64,000 bases of DNA from Lama glama (lineage: Eukaryota), in the NCBI GenBank assembly GCA_028534125.1, contig CM052816.1:62002001-62066000 (forward strand). The letters run 5' to 3'. Position numbers and translations under genes: made by a program. The notes beneath the pieces were generated by a model that saw nothing but the letters and a program-made list of their open reading frames with translations, had not been told where the DNA came from and did no database searches. Of this stretch, positions 1-14,890 are shown piece by piece (positions within the stretch are counted from its first letter, which is position 1; each line of letters begins with the position of its first letter).

Positions 1-199
1 GGGATCTTACACGTATAAAGCAAGATCCTAGAGTGACACCCTATGTGTGAGGCAGATGGCAGGCGGGAAATGGCAGCAGTCTTTGCTGAGGAAGGGAGGG
101 TTACAGGGGAATAATGTCAGGTTGGCTTATCTACGTGGTGCAAGGGTCTGCACTAAGCAGTTTAAAGATACGATTAATGGCATTTCATTTCTAAAACAA

Positions 200-385
200 C
201 CCTGTGAAGTAGGTTTCATAGTCTCCAGCTGTGTGACTTTACACAAGTTACTTAACCACTCTGTGCTTCAGTTTCCTATCTGGAAAATGAGATGATCATA
301 GTACTTAGTTCCATAAAGTTGTTGTGAAGACTAGTTAATGCAAGTTTGAGATCAATGGTTTGCCATAGTAATTCCTCAAAAGTTG
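200..385. mobile_element. MIR SINE relic
   Basis: Core MIR-like text agctgtgtgacttt...caagttacttaaccactctgtgcttcagtttcctatctggaaaatgagatga. Confidence 0.7.
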
Positions 386-529
386 TTGATATTGATTATT
401 ATTGTTATTGTTACATATCAGAAAACAGACTCAAGAGGATTATTCTGTTGTTAAATTGGAAAACTGGAGATTGAAATCTTGTTATTTTTAAGATTTTACA
501 CTATGCTGGGGTCCTTTATTTCCCCATTA

Positions 530-2070
530 AAAAAATTATGGTAAAATACATGTATCGTAAATTGCCATTTTAATCATTTTTAAACCATTTTAAGTATACG
601 ATTCAGTGGCATTAATTCCATTCACAGTACTATACAACCATCACCACAATCTATTACAAAATTTTTAATCACTCCAAACAGAGACTCTGTAAACATTAAG
701 TACTAACTCCCCCACTCCTCCCTTCCCCCAAGCCCTAGTAATGTCGAATCTACTTTCTGTCTCTATGAATTTGGCCATTCTAGACATTTAGTGTAAGTGG
801 AATCATGCAGTATTTGTCCTTTTGTCTCTGGCTTATTTCCCTTAATATAATGTTTTCAGAGTCCATTCATTCATGTTGTAGCATGTAGCTTTGTTCCTTT
901 TTATGGCTGAATGATATTTCATTGTATGAATATAGTATATTTTCTTTATCCATTCATCTGTTGATAAGACACTTGGGTAGTTTTTACTTTTTAGCTATTG
1001 TGAATAATGGGCAACAAACATTGATATACAAGTGTCTATTTGAGTCTTTGTTTTCAGTTCTTCTGGGTATATACCTAGGAGTGGAATACTGAGCCATCTC
1101 TGTTCAGCTTTTTGAGGAGTCGCCAAACTGTTTTCCACAGCAGCTCCATCATTTTATGTTCCTACCTGAAGTGTACAAAAGTTCCGGTTTCTCGACATCC
1201 TTGCCAACACTAATTTCCCTTTCTCTTTTTTTCTTTTTATTTGTAGTCATCTTAGTCAATGTGAGATAATATCATGGTTTTGATTTACATTTCTCTCATG
1301 ACTAATGATGCTGAGCATCTTTTCATGGTCTTAATGGCCGTTTGTGTGTCTCATCTGGAGAAATGTCCATTCAAGTTTTTTTTTTAATTGATCCGTCTTT
1401 TTGTTCTTGAGTTGTGGAAGTTATATATGTATTAACTATTAAACCCCAGCAGATATATAACTTACACATATTTTCTTACATTCTGTAGGCTATCTTTTCA
1501 CTTTCATAATAATTTCTTTGCACAAAAGTTTTAAATTTTGATGAAGTCCACCTTACCAGTTCTTCTTTTATTGCTTGTGCTGGTGGTGTTTTATATCTAA
1601 GAATCCATCACCAACTCCAAGGTGAAGAAGAATGACCCCATACTTCCTTCTAAGAGTTTTGTGGTTTTAGCTCTTACATTGTCATGGTCTTTGATCCATT
1701 CTGAGTCAGTTTTTGTGTATGACGTGAGATGAGGAGTTCAACATCTTTTGTATGTGGAAATCCTGTTGTCCCAGCACCATCTGTTGAAGAGACTATTCTT
1801 TCCCCACTGAACAGACTTGACATTCTTGTCCAAAATCAGTTGGCTATATATGTATGGGTTTATTTCTGGACTCTAAATTCTATTCTACTGGTCTGTATGT
1901 CTATCCTTGTTACAGTATCACCGTGTTTTGATTACTATAGCTTTGTGGTAAGTTTTGAAATCAGGAAATGTGAGTCTTCCACCTTTATTCTTTTCAAGAT
2001 TATTTTGGCTATTCAAGTACCTTGGGTTTCTGTATGAATTTAAGGATCAACTTTTCCATTTCTGAAAAAG
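530..2070 (-). mobile_element. Old L1 (L1MB-like) 3' portion, antisense
   Basis: Typical antisense L1 3' end and ORF2 text (ccatcaccacaatcta..., ccaaactgttttccacag..., ccagcaccatctgttgaagagact). The ORF-track hit at 1729-2037 lies within it. Confidence 0.85.
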
Positions 2071-3129
2071 CCATGTTACATTTTACAGTCAGCTACTGAA
2101 ATGTTATAACTTGAAATGCCTCTACATATCTGTGGTTAAAATTTAAGTTTCTGGTCACCTAAGAATTTTCTGCTCATTGTCTTTCGAGGGTCTTTTAGAA
2201 AAGTCAAAAGAACTATAATTTGGAATACAATTATTTCCTAAATTCGTTCACTTATTCCCCAATTTAAAAAAAATTAAAAGGAAACTATGTGTAGATTCAC
2301 AAGCAACTTGTCTTATCAATTTAGGGTCCGTTTCATTGAAGTAAAGCATTTTAAAGTGAGTGTAAGACAGCCTGCTACCCGTGTCGTTATTAATTAAATA
2401 TTTTATTTTTATTAAATATTCATTACGGCATAAGGTATTTGGATGAAAAGCAAGCTTAAGTAAAGAAAAAATTGTATCATCAGGGGTTCTGATCAAAATG
2501 GCAAGCTGAGCCAGCGTATAAAGTCCCCTCCTTTCTGCTCCAAACACAAGGATGCTGGAGAAAAAGAGAGTAACAACAACAAAAATAGCCCAGCTGAAAA
2601 GAATAAAAAGGAAATTCCCAGGTGTTGCACGGGAAGGGAGGATGAAGCCAGAACAAGGAATGATAGCTGAGAACAACAGTGAGGTCCACAGGCCTACTGG
2701 AGAGACCTTTATGGGATACAGAATGAAGTCTTAGACACCTGTCGGGTGGCAGCGTGGCTGGAGAGCAGGCTCCTGGTTGAAGCTCAAAAAAAGCTATGAG
2801 GCAGGGATTCGAAGAACTCCATTTACTGTCTAGGGAAAGTGGTGAGAAAGTTTACTGTGTGTTTAAGTTTCCATAAAATAATAATTAGAAAGAAAAGAGT
2901 AATAAAAATTTGGCAACCCAAGCTTCTTACACCATGTATAGGTATGAGGAGTGAATATACACTTCCTTCAGTGAGGCAGGAACTTTTTTCCAGGCTGAGA
3001 AAACATGAAAAATTGTTCTGTTTCAAATTAAATTTAAAAAATAAGTCCAACTGCATGTCATTACTAGTGAAACTACTTAGAAAAGTAAAAATTACATAGA
3101 AAATTTCAAAATAATGGGATGGGGAAAAA

Positions 3130-3720
3130 AGAACACGTAGGTAGTATGTTGAATATTGTGGATATTCAGCTGTTTTATGCCCAAAAATTGCAACTTCATA
3201 TGATTCAACTAATAATAATCAAAAGAGCACGAGTAGAGCAGTTTTAATATCAGACTTTCAAGGCTAGAACAGTACTTAAGGATAGAGATTAAAGAGCAAT
3301 CAGCCTAGAAGAGAAAATAATAATGGTTTTGATCGTGCTTATTAATACAATCTCAAAACATGTAGAGCAAAAACTGTATTACAAGGAGAAATTGACAGAT
3401 GTATAGTGATAAAGGTCAGAAGTTATTAGACAAAAAAAGATGGAAATTTGAACAGCAAGATAGATATAGAACCCCACTCAACAGTGATTTATATTCTTTT
3501 GAAAGACATACCAAATTTTTCTCTAAATTTGCTACATAATAGGCCATAAAAGAAATCTCAGCAAATGCCAGAGAACTGGTATCAATACAGACGCCATTCT
3601 CTGATAACAGTGTAAAAAATTTAGAAATCAACAAGAGCATGATCTGAAAACCCAGTGTTGAGAAACTAAAAAGAACACTTCTGAATGATTCATTTGGAAG
3701 GAAATTTCAACAGAGACTTG
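3130..3720 (+). mobile_element. Degraded L1 ORF2 (endonuclease region) fragment
   Basis: A-rich L1-like text (tcagactttcaagg..., aagcaaaaactg...acaaggagaaattgacag..., ccattctctgataacag). Confidence 0.55.
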
Positions 3721-4725
3721 TTTCCAGCAGTATTGCAGACTGGACCCTCCTGTAAACAACTGAGAAACATGTACAAAATATGCAATACATATTAGTTATA
3801 TATTGGTGTGCTGGGAAGAAAATAAAGAATTAAAGAATACTTGGAGGCCAACAACCAAAGGAAACAGAAACTCTAGGAGGTAAGTCTTGAGGTATTTGCT
3901 GAACCCAGGGTTCTTAAAATTCTATTTCTCTGGATTGGCAGGGTGCAGGGAATAAAGGCAAGGTGCAGGGCCCTGCCAAAATTGGTACTCCGATAGAAGG
4001 TGCTCTTGTATAAATCTAGAACTTTCAAAGGACTTCACCCTCAAGTAAGAGACGACTAGAGATAAATCCTAACACTGGGTTGTGGTGAATCATGAGTGGG
4101 TTGTGAAATCAATTATGTGGTTACTGTCAGCGCTGTTTTTTTTTAATACCAAATGTAATAATGCTTCATGTATTGTTTTAAATCTTGTGGGCTAGTGTAT
4201 ATTTGTATAAGAACGTATACATGAGTATACTTAGTTGCATTGTTATTTTTACCATCAGTCAGGCCTAGTCAAAAAAATTTGAAAGCTACTGTGTTAGAGA
4301 AGTCGCAGCATACATGCACAAAGAGGCATGTGTAGCTACTCTTTTCAGCATTATTTATAATAGCAAAATACTAGAAGCAATTTAGCAGCCTATCGATTGT
4401 AGAAAGGATAAATAATATTTTTATACAATGAAATTAGATGAAAGCTGTGTAACTCCATGAGTATAGTAGTCAAGCTGAGAAGGGAAAAGGAATGAGAAAG
4501 GAATAAAATATAAAATCCTAGGTAGAGGATATTTTCTCTAGTATATAGAAAGGGAAAATACAGTAATTCAATACCATGAAATCCATAAGAAGTAGCCAGA
4601 AAAAATGCTTATTGAATTAGAAGCCATGATAAAAAAAAAAGAAAAAGTTCTCTGAGTACTAACATTCAGGGAAAGCAAACCACCACTCACTGAATAAAAG
4701 TTAAAACTCAACATTATATTATTAA

Positions 4726-5022
<297 letters not shown>

Positions 5023-5443
5023 TAATGTCATGTTTATCTGTTGTTCTCTTGAATTTATCATTAAAGTATCTTTTTCATCTTCTGTAGGAAGTACTGCATA
5101 GGTAAGGGAACAGTCTTCAAACTTTGCAAGTAATTTGCCTCAAATCAAAACAGTTGGTCAGTGATAGAACCAGGAGGCAAGTCTATTTCTGATTCCACAA
5201 ACCAGGTTTTATTGTGTTTTATTTTGTTTTGTTTTCTCATCTCACTTGAATGTGTCACATGGTACAGAGAGTCTGATTTAAGATTTGGTTTCAAGTCTGT
5301 TGGCTACTTTTTAGCAAATGACTTTTAGCAAGTCACTTACTCACTCCGAACCTTATTTTCCTTGTGAGATAACACAAAGGATCAGATTGTCAAATCACAC
5401 TCATTCAAATCAGAGATGTTAGCAGTATCAAGCTTTACTAGTA

Positions 5444-5680
5444 CAGTTGGCCCTTGAACGACAGGGGTTTGAACTGCATAGATTAATTTTATGCTGATTT
5501 TTTTCAATAATATATATTACAATGCTATACAAGCTGCAGTTGGTTGAATCCCCTGATGCAGGCAGAACCATGGATGCAGAGGAACTGCATATATGGAGGA
5601 CCAACTATAAGTTACGCTTGAATTTTGGACTGCATGGAGGGGCACTTTCCCTAGCCACTGAATTGTTCAAGGGTCACCTG
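5444..5680. mobile_element. MER8/Tigger2-type non-autonomous TcMar DNA transposon
   Basis: 237 bp; terminal inverted repeats CAGTTGGCCCTTGAAC ... GTTCAAGGGTCACCTG (14/16 match); TA on both sides (5442-5443, 5681-5682). Confidence 0.85.
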
Positions 5681-8600
5681 TAAGTTCAAGTATACAGGTG
5701 GTCGTGAGGCGTGGTCGTGAGGCATGGGCAAAGCAGCAAGAGTTCTGGGACTACCAGCACCACCCCCAGGTACTCACTCTGGCCAAGGTTAACACAAAAG
5801 GCTTCTACATTACTTATGCAAAAGAAAGTCATTTTGGTCATGAAACATCTCAGTTTTGTATCCAGATAGTTACATCTTCCAGGGAGCCATGCCCCATAAA
5901 TCCATAGATTCCAGGATTACTTAATCATTAACAGCCTTAGACAAACCAGATATGTTGTGCTATAAGCAGATATTCTCTTCCCAACAGCTTGGTCATGGAC
6001 TTAGAGCTTTCAGGACTGTGAAGAAGTAAATTTCTGTTTTTAACACACCCTCCCCTCAAAAAAACCACAAAAAATGATTCTCTGGCTAGCAAATACTATT
6101 AATTTGTTTCCAGGAGGTCTATTACAAAGAAATTTGATCAAGTTACCTTCTTTCTTTCCTGGGGCCTCCTCCTCTCCCTTCAAAAAGAGAACAGATTTCA
6201 AACCAACTGTTTAACCGTTTCTTTCTCATCTTGTGTATAAAGTGGTCTATCCTCGCAATGGGGTTTTTAGGGATAAAATATGATGATGTGTGTGAAAATA
6301 TTTTGTAAACTACAAAATGCCATTATGGTAACTCTCACACAGAAGCAACATGCAATTTGTTTAAATACGGGTTTAGGCATGGGGTGAGAGAACTACAGAA
6401 AGATTAAACTTACCTTATTTTAGGTTATTAGAGAACAATAAACACTTTACAAATTTTTAAACTTTCCATATTATGTCCAGTGAAGGTAAGCGAAAAAGTT
6501 AAATGCCAGGTACAAGCTGAGAAGGCAGAAGAGGGTAGAGTCTCAAAGCAGGCAAACAAGAGTAACAGTGAATACGACTATATACAGCTCCAAGGTAAAT
6601 ATAGCTGCTTGGATATACACACTTAGTTTTGCTCCCTGCCGAAACAACACAAAAATGATAGTAGAAGAATTTTTTAAAAGCATATATCCACAGTGACAAA
6701 GAAAATAAGAGTAAGAAAATTTTGCTGAAAAGCAGATGACTTAGTGAACATGGACTACTCAGTTAAGAAAGCTTTAACCCTTTAACAGTGTGGAAAGCTG
6801 AGAAATAACATGATTATACACTTTAAAACCTCCTAAAGTCTTGATAATGAGTATCCTTAGAATCTCTGAAAATGAGAAAGATTTTAAGGCTAAAAACAGA
6901 GGGAGTGGTTAAAAACCTAAAGTAATTAGATGCTCTGTTCCCTTCCCCTACTGTGTGAAGCCCTGTTCCCTCAGCAGACTGCCACAGGTCTGTTTTCTAG
7001 ACAGGGTAAAACAAAAGGGTCTTTAAACTGGGACACACTAATCAAAAATGAAAATAGTTAAGTTAAAGTTAGATACAGAATGGTGAGTCTATTTTTTTTA
7101 ATGATAGAATAAAAATAATGAACAAGGAGAAAGTAAATAATTTTTAGTGTACTTACATAATTAGTTGTTTTGCTGTTATGAAATAGAGACATGAAAGGGA
7201 AGAAAGAAATGTTACAAAAAACAAGGCTCAAAACCTATTTTTGTCTAAGTTCTGTTTTCTATTTTGTCTCTACATATTTGCTTCTATTATACTGCATATT
7301 TTTAAATGTTGGTTTAATATCTTTCATTGAAAAGAAAAGAAATGTAAATGAGAAATAAATCAATTTTTGGTGCAAATTATTGCAGCATAATCAATTATTG
7401 ACACAAATTAGAAAAGACTGAGACCTGTGAAGCCTTAGAAAATATATCACCAGTTCTAGGAGCAGAAAAAGATAGAACAGCGCAAGGATTATAAGCTCTT
7501 ACTGACTCACTGTACGTATGTGTATATATGAACATGCTTGCTGTCCGGTGGTACTACAGTTTCAAGATTATTAAGGTTTTGCATTGTGCTTTGAACTTCC
7601 TGAAGAAACTTGCTTTTGAATTGTAAGTGGTAGTAGCAAATATCTCAAAAGCTGTTTTTATGTTACAGTATGCATAAAGTCAAGTAAAATGATTTTACTG
7701 TTTACAAAGGACCAAAGAAATTCAAAAGTATGAAAATTTTTTCCTCATTCAATTTACCTAATGTTAACATTAATCAGCAACTTGCATATAATTAGAAAGT
7801 GGTCCTTCCCTCATATCTCATCCCTTAATATTTAACAATATTCTTTTAGTTCAGTACAGAAATGTTGTATTTTGACAGATTTGGAGGATTTTGGCTTAGT
7901 TTGGTTTTTGTTTTGTTTGTTTAGGAGTATTTATGTTAAATTCATATGTGATTTTATTTAAGAATGATTAACACTGAAAAATGCCTAGGAGAGTTACTGC
8001 TAGAATCAGGTTCAAATGAACGACTTAAAATGGTGGTTTCAAGCTTCATAAACATAGGGCTTAAATTAATCCACAGGATAATTGGAGTAAAGCCTATATT
8101 TGGCGCAAAATGTACTTTTTATAAGAGAGCTGCAGAAGATACTTGCTAAGTGGTTGATTGGAAGACACAAGAGAGAATGGGAAATTTAGATTAATGGGTC
8201 TAGGGTTGGAACTGCATGGTTAAGTATTTAAAAGCAGCGGGGATTGCTGCAACCTGGTGGCAGATTGGCACATGAACATCTAGCCGAGTAGGCTGGCACT
8301 GCTAGGATGTCTAGTCTTCCATACTATCCTAAAGCTGTCTCTAAACACTGGATCATGACCTCTGACACCTGTGTGCTACACAAGAGACAACCACTCTTGC
8401 TGATCATTCCAAAATGTAAGTACATAAGGACCTTCTTGCCTTCTATTTTGTACTACAAAGGTTGGTTGTATCACTTCCCAAGAAATTATTATTTTGCAAA
8501 AACTTAAACTCTTTTCCCTGCTATGCCTGTGTATATTTCAGTATCCTGTCTCAGAAGGAACCTCAGTAAATAGAGGTGAATAGTTTTAATAGTGGTAGTA

Positions 8601-8879
8601 CAGAAACACTGAACTATCTAAAATAAACTTTTGTCTTCAGTGCTTGAATCCTCAGAGCCTTTACTATCATTACTGCTAGTTTCTAAAGATAAATGGTCAG
8701 GAAAAAAAATTCCTGAATTCTAGAACTAATTTTGTTTATAATCTGATCAATGGATTCCTTATGCATCTTTCCATAATGGAAGAGGAAAGTATTCCCAGAG
8801 CTACTTTTATTTCGCTTAGTATCTCATAACTTTTTATGACATATTTACAGTAGTTATTCTGAACTTATTATAGCTAAGA

Positions 8880-11300
8880 AAATAAGACAGCTATTCAAGA
8901 GAAAGCTAACGTGACTATTTTAAGATCAAATCATTTAGATTTCAAAACTAAGACAAGGAATAAGGAAGAGTTTTTTAATAGTGATAAAAGGGTTAGTTAG
9001 CCACGAGGACATAAGAATACTGTTTCTGCACCTAGTAACAAAATTTAAAATATGTGAAGCAAACCTGGATGAAACTACCAGGGAAAGTCCTTGTGGATTA
9101 AAAAAAAATCTATATTTATAGTCAGACTTCAACACAACTCAGTAATTGATTGAACAAATAGACAGTAAATCAGAAAGGATAGAGAATATTTGAATAACAC
9201 TGTCAGACAACTTGACCTATTAACATTTATAGAACACTTCACCCAACAACAGCAGAACACACTTTTTTTAAGTACATACAGAACATCTACCGAAACAGAC
9301 CTTATTATAAGGTGCTATGAAACAAGTCTCAGTAAATTTTATAGGATTCAAGTAATGCAAAGTATCTTCTCTAGCCACAAGGAAATGAATAACAGCTTCC
9401 TGTTAATTCCCAAATAACTAATTTAGCACATTTCTAAATATTTCATTGGCTCAAAGAAAAAAAGCCCAAAGGAAATTAGAAAGTATTTTTGACTATGAAA
9501 ATAAAACACAACATAACATTTATGAGATGTCCCTAAAGCAGTACTTAGAGGCAAATATTTGGCACTCCATGCCTGTATTAGAGGAGAAGAAATGTCTCAA
9601 ATTTATGACTTCAGCTTCTACCTTAGCACATTAGAAAAAGAAGAGTAAATGAAACCCAAAGAAAGCAGGAGAAAGGAAATAATAAAGATCAGAAGTGAAA
9701 TCAGTGAAACGGAAAAAAAAAATTGAGAAAAATCAGTGAAACGGAGTTTGTTCTTTGAGAAGATCTATAAAGTTAAAAATTCAGTATCCAAGCTGATCAG
9801 GTTAAAAAAGAAAGAAAGAAAGGAAAGTTATAAATTACCAATATCAGAAATGAAAAAAGTGACAACACTACAGATTATACAGATGCTAAAATAGAATAAG
9901 AGAATAGTATAAACAACTTATGCCAATAAATTGGACAACTTAAATACAATGGACAAATTACTTGAAAGATAAAAACTATCAAAACTCTTTCAAGAAGAAA
10001 TAGATAAACTGAGTGGCCTGCATCTGTTACAAAAGTTAAATGTTATAAAACTTTGAACAAAGAAAACCCCTGGTTAATGGCTTCTCATGAATTCTGCTAA
10101 ACATTTAAAAGAGAAATAATACCATTTCAACATAAAATCTTCTAAAAATTAAAGAGGGGATACTTTCCAACTCAGTTTATAAGACCAGCATTACCCCCAT
10201 AACAAAACCAGATAAAGACACTACAAGGAAAATAGAGACTTCTGTAAACACAGACACAAATGAGAATTTTAAGCAATTAAAAGAGTTATAGTAAATCAAA
10301 TCCAACAACACATAAAAAGGATATTTTGACCAAGTGAAGTTTATCACAGGAATTACAAGATTTGTTTTACATTCAAAAGTCAGTCAATGTAATTTACCAT
10401 TTTAATCAGATTTAAAAAGAAAATCTAGATTATTTTAAGAAAATTAATATTTTAAGAAAAATTATTTGGGAAATCCATCTTCCATTTCTGATAAAAATTT
10501 TCAGCATGCTAGAAAAAGAAGGAAGCTTCATCAGCCTGTTAAGGGACATCCATAAAAAACAAAGATTACACTGTACTTAATGGTTAAATCCTGAATGTTT
10601 CCATAATATAAGGAAAAAAACCAAAGATGTCCACTCCTGCCACTTTTATTCAACATTATAGTGGAGATTCAAGCCATGTAATAAGACAAGAAAAATCAGT
10701 TAAAGGCATCCAGAGTAGAAAGGAAAGAGTTAAAAACTGTCTTTGCAGATGACTTGGTCATCTCTGTAGTAATCCTAAGGGGTCTACTCAAAAAGATTCT
10801 AGAACTAATAACTGAGTTTAGCAAAATTGTAGGATGAAGATCAATCAATGGGCAAAAAAAAACAATGTATTTCTGTATGCCAGTAGTGAACAACCAAATT
10901 AAAACTTTTAAACTACCTATTATAATAGCATATATGAAATACTTAGGGATAAAAAAGACAAAAGATGTATAAGACTGAAACATACAAAACATTGCTGAGG
11001 GAAATTCAATCAATCAATCAATCAAAAGATATACCAACTTGATTTATAGATTCAATCCAATCACAGTCAAAATTCAAGCAAGCCATTTTAGAAAATGACA
11101 AGTCAATTCTAAAGTTCTTGTAAAAATGTAAAGAATTTAGAGTAGCCAAAATATTTTGAAAAAGAACCAAAGTTGGGAGATTAACACAACCTACCTTCAG
11201 AACTTTCTGCAAAGCTACAAGTAGTCTGGACCACGTGGTATTGATGTAAAGATAGATTAGTATAACAGAACAGCCCCATATATACATGGCCAATTCATTT
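8880..11300 (+). mobile_element. Old L1 ORF2 relic, sense
   Basis: Degenerate ORF2 text throughout (aacaacttatgccaataaattggacaactta, gaccagcattaccc...aaaaccagataaagac, tttgcagatgac), with many stops and frameshifts. Confidence 0.85.
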
Positions 11301-11304
11301 GTTA

Positions 11305-14300
11305 GTTAAACTTTTTTATTTTGAGATGATTGTGGATTCATACGCCGCTGTAGGAAATAACACAGAGAGTTCCTTGTACCCTTTACCCAGTTTCCCTCAG
11401 TTGTAACATCTTCCAAAATGTATTACAGTATCACAATATGAACATGGACATTGATACAGTCTAGATATAGATTATTTCTAACACTACAAGTATCATTCAT
11501 ATTGCCCTTTTATAGCCATACCGTTTTCCTTCTTGTCCTTATCACCTTCTTAATCTGGCAACCAACATTTTGCAATTTCTATCATGTAATAATTTCAAAA
11601 GTGTTTTATAAGTAAACCATTTGGTATTTAACTTTTCCAGATTGGATTTTTCTCACTAGCTCTAATTCTCTGGAGATTCAGTCAGGTTGCTATGTTTATC
11701 AATAGTTTGTTGCTTTTTATTGTTGAATAGTAGTCTATGGTATGAATACCAGTTTTTTTAAGCATTCACCCATTTAAGGACATCTGAGTTGTTTCCAGTT
11801 TGGGGCTATTACAGATAAAATTGCTATCAGTAGGATTTGGGTAAATATAAATCTTTTATTTCTGTGAGTTAAATATCCAAGAGTGCAATTGGCTGGGTTT
11901 TATGCTTTAGTTTCTTAATAAACTGCCAAACTGTTTTCCAGATTGGCTACACTGTTTTACATCCCTACCAGAAATGCATGAGTGATCTATCCTCACCAGC
12001 ATTTAATGTTGTCAATATTTTTAAAAATCTTAGCTTTCTGATGATGTATAATTATATCTCCATGTGATTTTAATTTACATTCCCTTCTGACTGGTGATGT
12101 TAAACATTATTTTATTAGTGTTGAATGTTGAGTCCTTTATATATTCTGGATACTAGTCCTTTGTTAGATACCTGGTTTGCTAATATTTTCTCCCAATATG
12201 CCCAATATGTAGCTTGTCTTTTTATCCTCTTAATAAATCATTCACAGAACAATAGTTTTTAATTTTGAAAAAGTTCAATTTATTAATTTTTCCTTTTATG
12301 TGCTTGGTTTCAAGTGTAACTCATTGCTCATCTCTGGGTCATGAAAAATGGTCTCCTTTACTCTTTTCTAAAGGTTTTATAGTTTCATATTTTACATTAA
12401 GTTTATGACCCATTTTGAGTTGACTTTTGTATAAGATGTGAAATTTAGAGCACTTACTGTTTTGCTTAAGAATGACCAATTGTTCCAGCACTGTTTGTTG
12501 AAAGGCTGTCTTCCCTCCATTGAAAAATGCTTTTGTGCTTTTGCCAAAAATCATTTTGTCATATTCATATGGGTTTGCTTCTAGGTTGTCTATAATGCTC
12601 CATTGATCTGTGTACCCCTCCACCAACTTAACTAATGCAGCTACGTTAAGTCTTGAAGTTGGATAGACAGGTTTTTTCCACTTTCTTCTTCTTTTTCAAA
12701 GTTGTTTCAACTATTCTAGTTTCTTTTCCTTTTCATAGATATTTTAGAGTAATGTTTCTATATGCAAAAAATCTTGCCTAGATTTTGGTAGGAATTGCAT
12801 TAAACATGTTTATCAATCTGGGGGACAGTTGACATCTTTACTGTATTGAGTCTTCCAGTCAATGAACGTGATATATCTCTCCATTTATCTTTGATTTCTT
12901 TCCTCAGCATTGTGTAGTTTCCAGCATGTTTTAGTAGATTTACACCTATAAATTTTCTTTTTTTGAAAAATTGTAAATGGTGTTTCATTTTTTTTTTATT
13001 TTGCTGTCTGCATGTTCACTACTAGTGTGTAGAGATACAATTGAGTTGTGTATGTTTATCTTTTATCCTTACTGAACTCACTGATAGTTCCAGTTTTTTT
13101 TTTATAGATTCTTTGGGGTTTTCTATATAAACCATCATGTCATCTGCAAATAGGAACAGTTTTATTTCTTCCCTTTTTCTCTGTAAGACTTTTGTTTCCC
13201 TTGAGTTGTTGCGGTGGCTGGAATTTACAGCATTATGTTGAAAAAGAGCAGTGAGAAGTGACATACTTACCTGGATTCCAATCCTAGGGGGCAAAAACAT
13301 GCAGAGTTTAACTATTAACTGCAAGGTTTTCTTGCAGATACTCTTTATCAAGTTGAGAAAGTTTCCCTCTATTCCTATTTTTTAAGAGTTTTTATTTTGC
13401 CAAATGTGTTTTCTGCATCAATTGATAGGATTATATGATTTTTTTGTTTAGTCTGTTAACAGTGGATTAAGAGTATAATAGTGGATTACATTAACTGATT
13501 TTTTTAATTGAAGTATAGTTGATTTGCAATGTTATATTAGTTTCTGGTGTACACCATCATGATTCAGTCATACATATTCTGTTTCATATTCTTTTTTTTT
13601 TTTTAATTTTTCATTTTCCTTGTTTTGGAGGTGGTAACTGGGTTTGTTTGTTTGTTTATTAATGGAGGTACTAGGGATTAAACCCAGGACCTCATGTGTG
13701 TTAGGCACATTCTCATTCAGTGATTATTTCCTGCCATTGTGAAACCTTCCACTGAGCTTTTTATTTTGGTTTATTGTATTTTTAGTCTAAAATTTCTGTT
13801 TGATTCTTCTTTGAATTTTTTATTTCTTTAAGGTTTTCTATTTTTTCATTTGTTTCATGCATGTTCATAATTGCTCATTGAAGCATTTTTATGATGGCTG
13901 CTTTAAAATCTTTTTCACATAATTCTAGTATTTCTCTTACTGTGGTGGTGTCACCTATTATTTAATTTTTCACTCAATTTGAGATCTTCATAGTTCTTGG
14001 TTTGATGATTTCTTTTCAGTTGAAATTTGGGCATTTTTATATTATACACAAAACTCTGGCTTTTCTTCAAGCTTTTTGTTTAATCTGATTTTCTCTGGTA
14101 CCATTCCAGAAGGGAAATTGAGAATGCCACCTTGTTACTTACAGGTGGAAATAGAAGTCCAGTTTCACCACTCAACCTCTACCAACACCCAGGATGGACA
14201 TGCCTTCTTATTACTGCTGGGTGAGGGTAGCAATTTCAGCTCCCTGTGTGGTATCCCCTGACACCATGGTGGGAGTGGTCTTGCTGCCATTGGGTGATGG

Positions 14301-14890
14301 TAAAAGCCCTGACTTTCATTAGATCTCTTCTGACAATACTTAAGCATGGATGAGAGGTGTGCCTCAGTACTACTGGGTGGGGGTGAAAATCCAGGCTCCC
14401 TGTGTGGTCTCCACTGACACTGTTAGTGGAACTCTCATAACTGGTCAGTGAGGATGAAAGTTTGGAACATCTTATCACAGCCCCACAAGAGGGGAAGTCT
14501 ATGTTCTCCACTTAGCCTTTGATGACGTGTGTGGGGGTGGTGCCATATTCTTGTCTGTGGTGTTTGGCTGGAGAATGGCAGTTATTATCTAAAAGTTTCC
14601 TGTTACTAGATTTTCCCTTTCCTGGTCCTTTGGCTAGAGAGAGCAGACGTTTGTTGGGGCTTTTTTGTTTGCACCAGGTTGCCAGCTTCTTCAGCTCTAA
14701 GTCTGGGCTGCATAAAGCAAAAAGAAATTCCAGGGAACTCAGCACTGCGTCATTTTCTGAAGTTCAAGATCCCTAGCTAGTGTTTGTCTTTCCACCTTTC
14801 AGAGTCATCTTCTGTTTGTTTTTCTAATGTCTGGGTTTTTAGTTATACTTAATAGGAGGAATAGGAAAAGTACATCTACTTCATCTTCTC
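11305..14890 (-). mobile_element. Old L1 (L1MC-like) relic, antisense, with younger insertions
   Basis: Antisense L1 3' end at 11305. The minus ORF 13022-13351 contains the L1 RT motif LFADDMMVYIENPKES, and 12339-12626 resembles L1 ORF2. Confidence 0.85.
13592..13712 (-). mobile_element. tRNA-Ala-derived camelid-type SINE, truncated
   Basis: poly(T) followed by ggaggtactagggattaaacccaggacctcatgtgtgttaggcac, the reverse complement of the SINE seen at 26282 and 38352. Confidence 0.75.

Noticed and set aside
2248..2734. 142-aa minus ORF and overlapping short ORFs
   Set aside because: Hydrophobic composition arises from the antisense of A-rich, L1-like intronic DNA; no gene evidence.
5698..5723. 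Direct repeat gtggtcgtgaggc x2, and similar short duplications near 32262, 33711, 37684 and 53621
   Set aside because: Isolated two-copy micro-duplications typical of slippage; no spacer array, so not CRISPR-like.
12339..13351. Minus-strand ORFs with a reverse-transcriptase motif (FADDM)
   Set aside because: Fragments of a decayed L1 ORF2 with stops and frameshifts; not a functional RT system.
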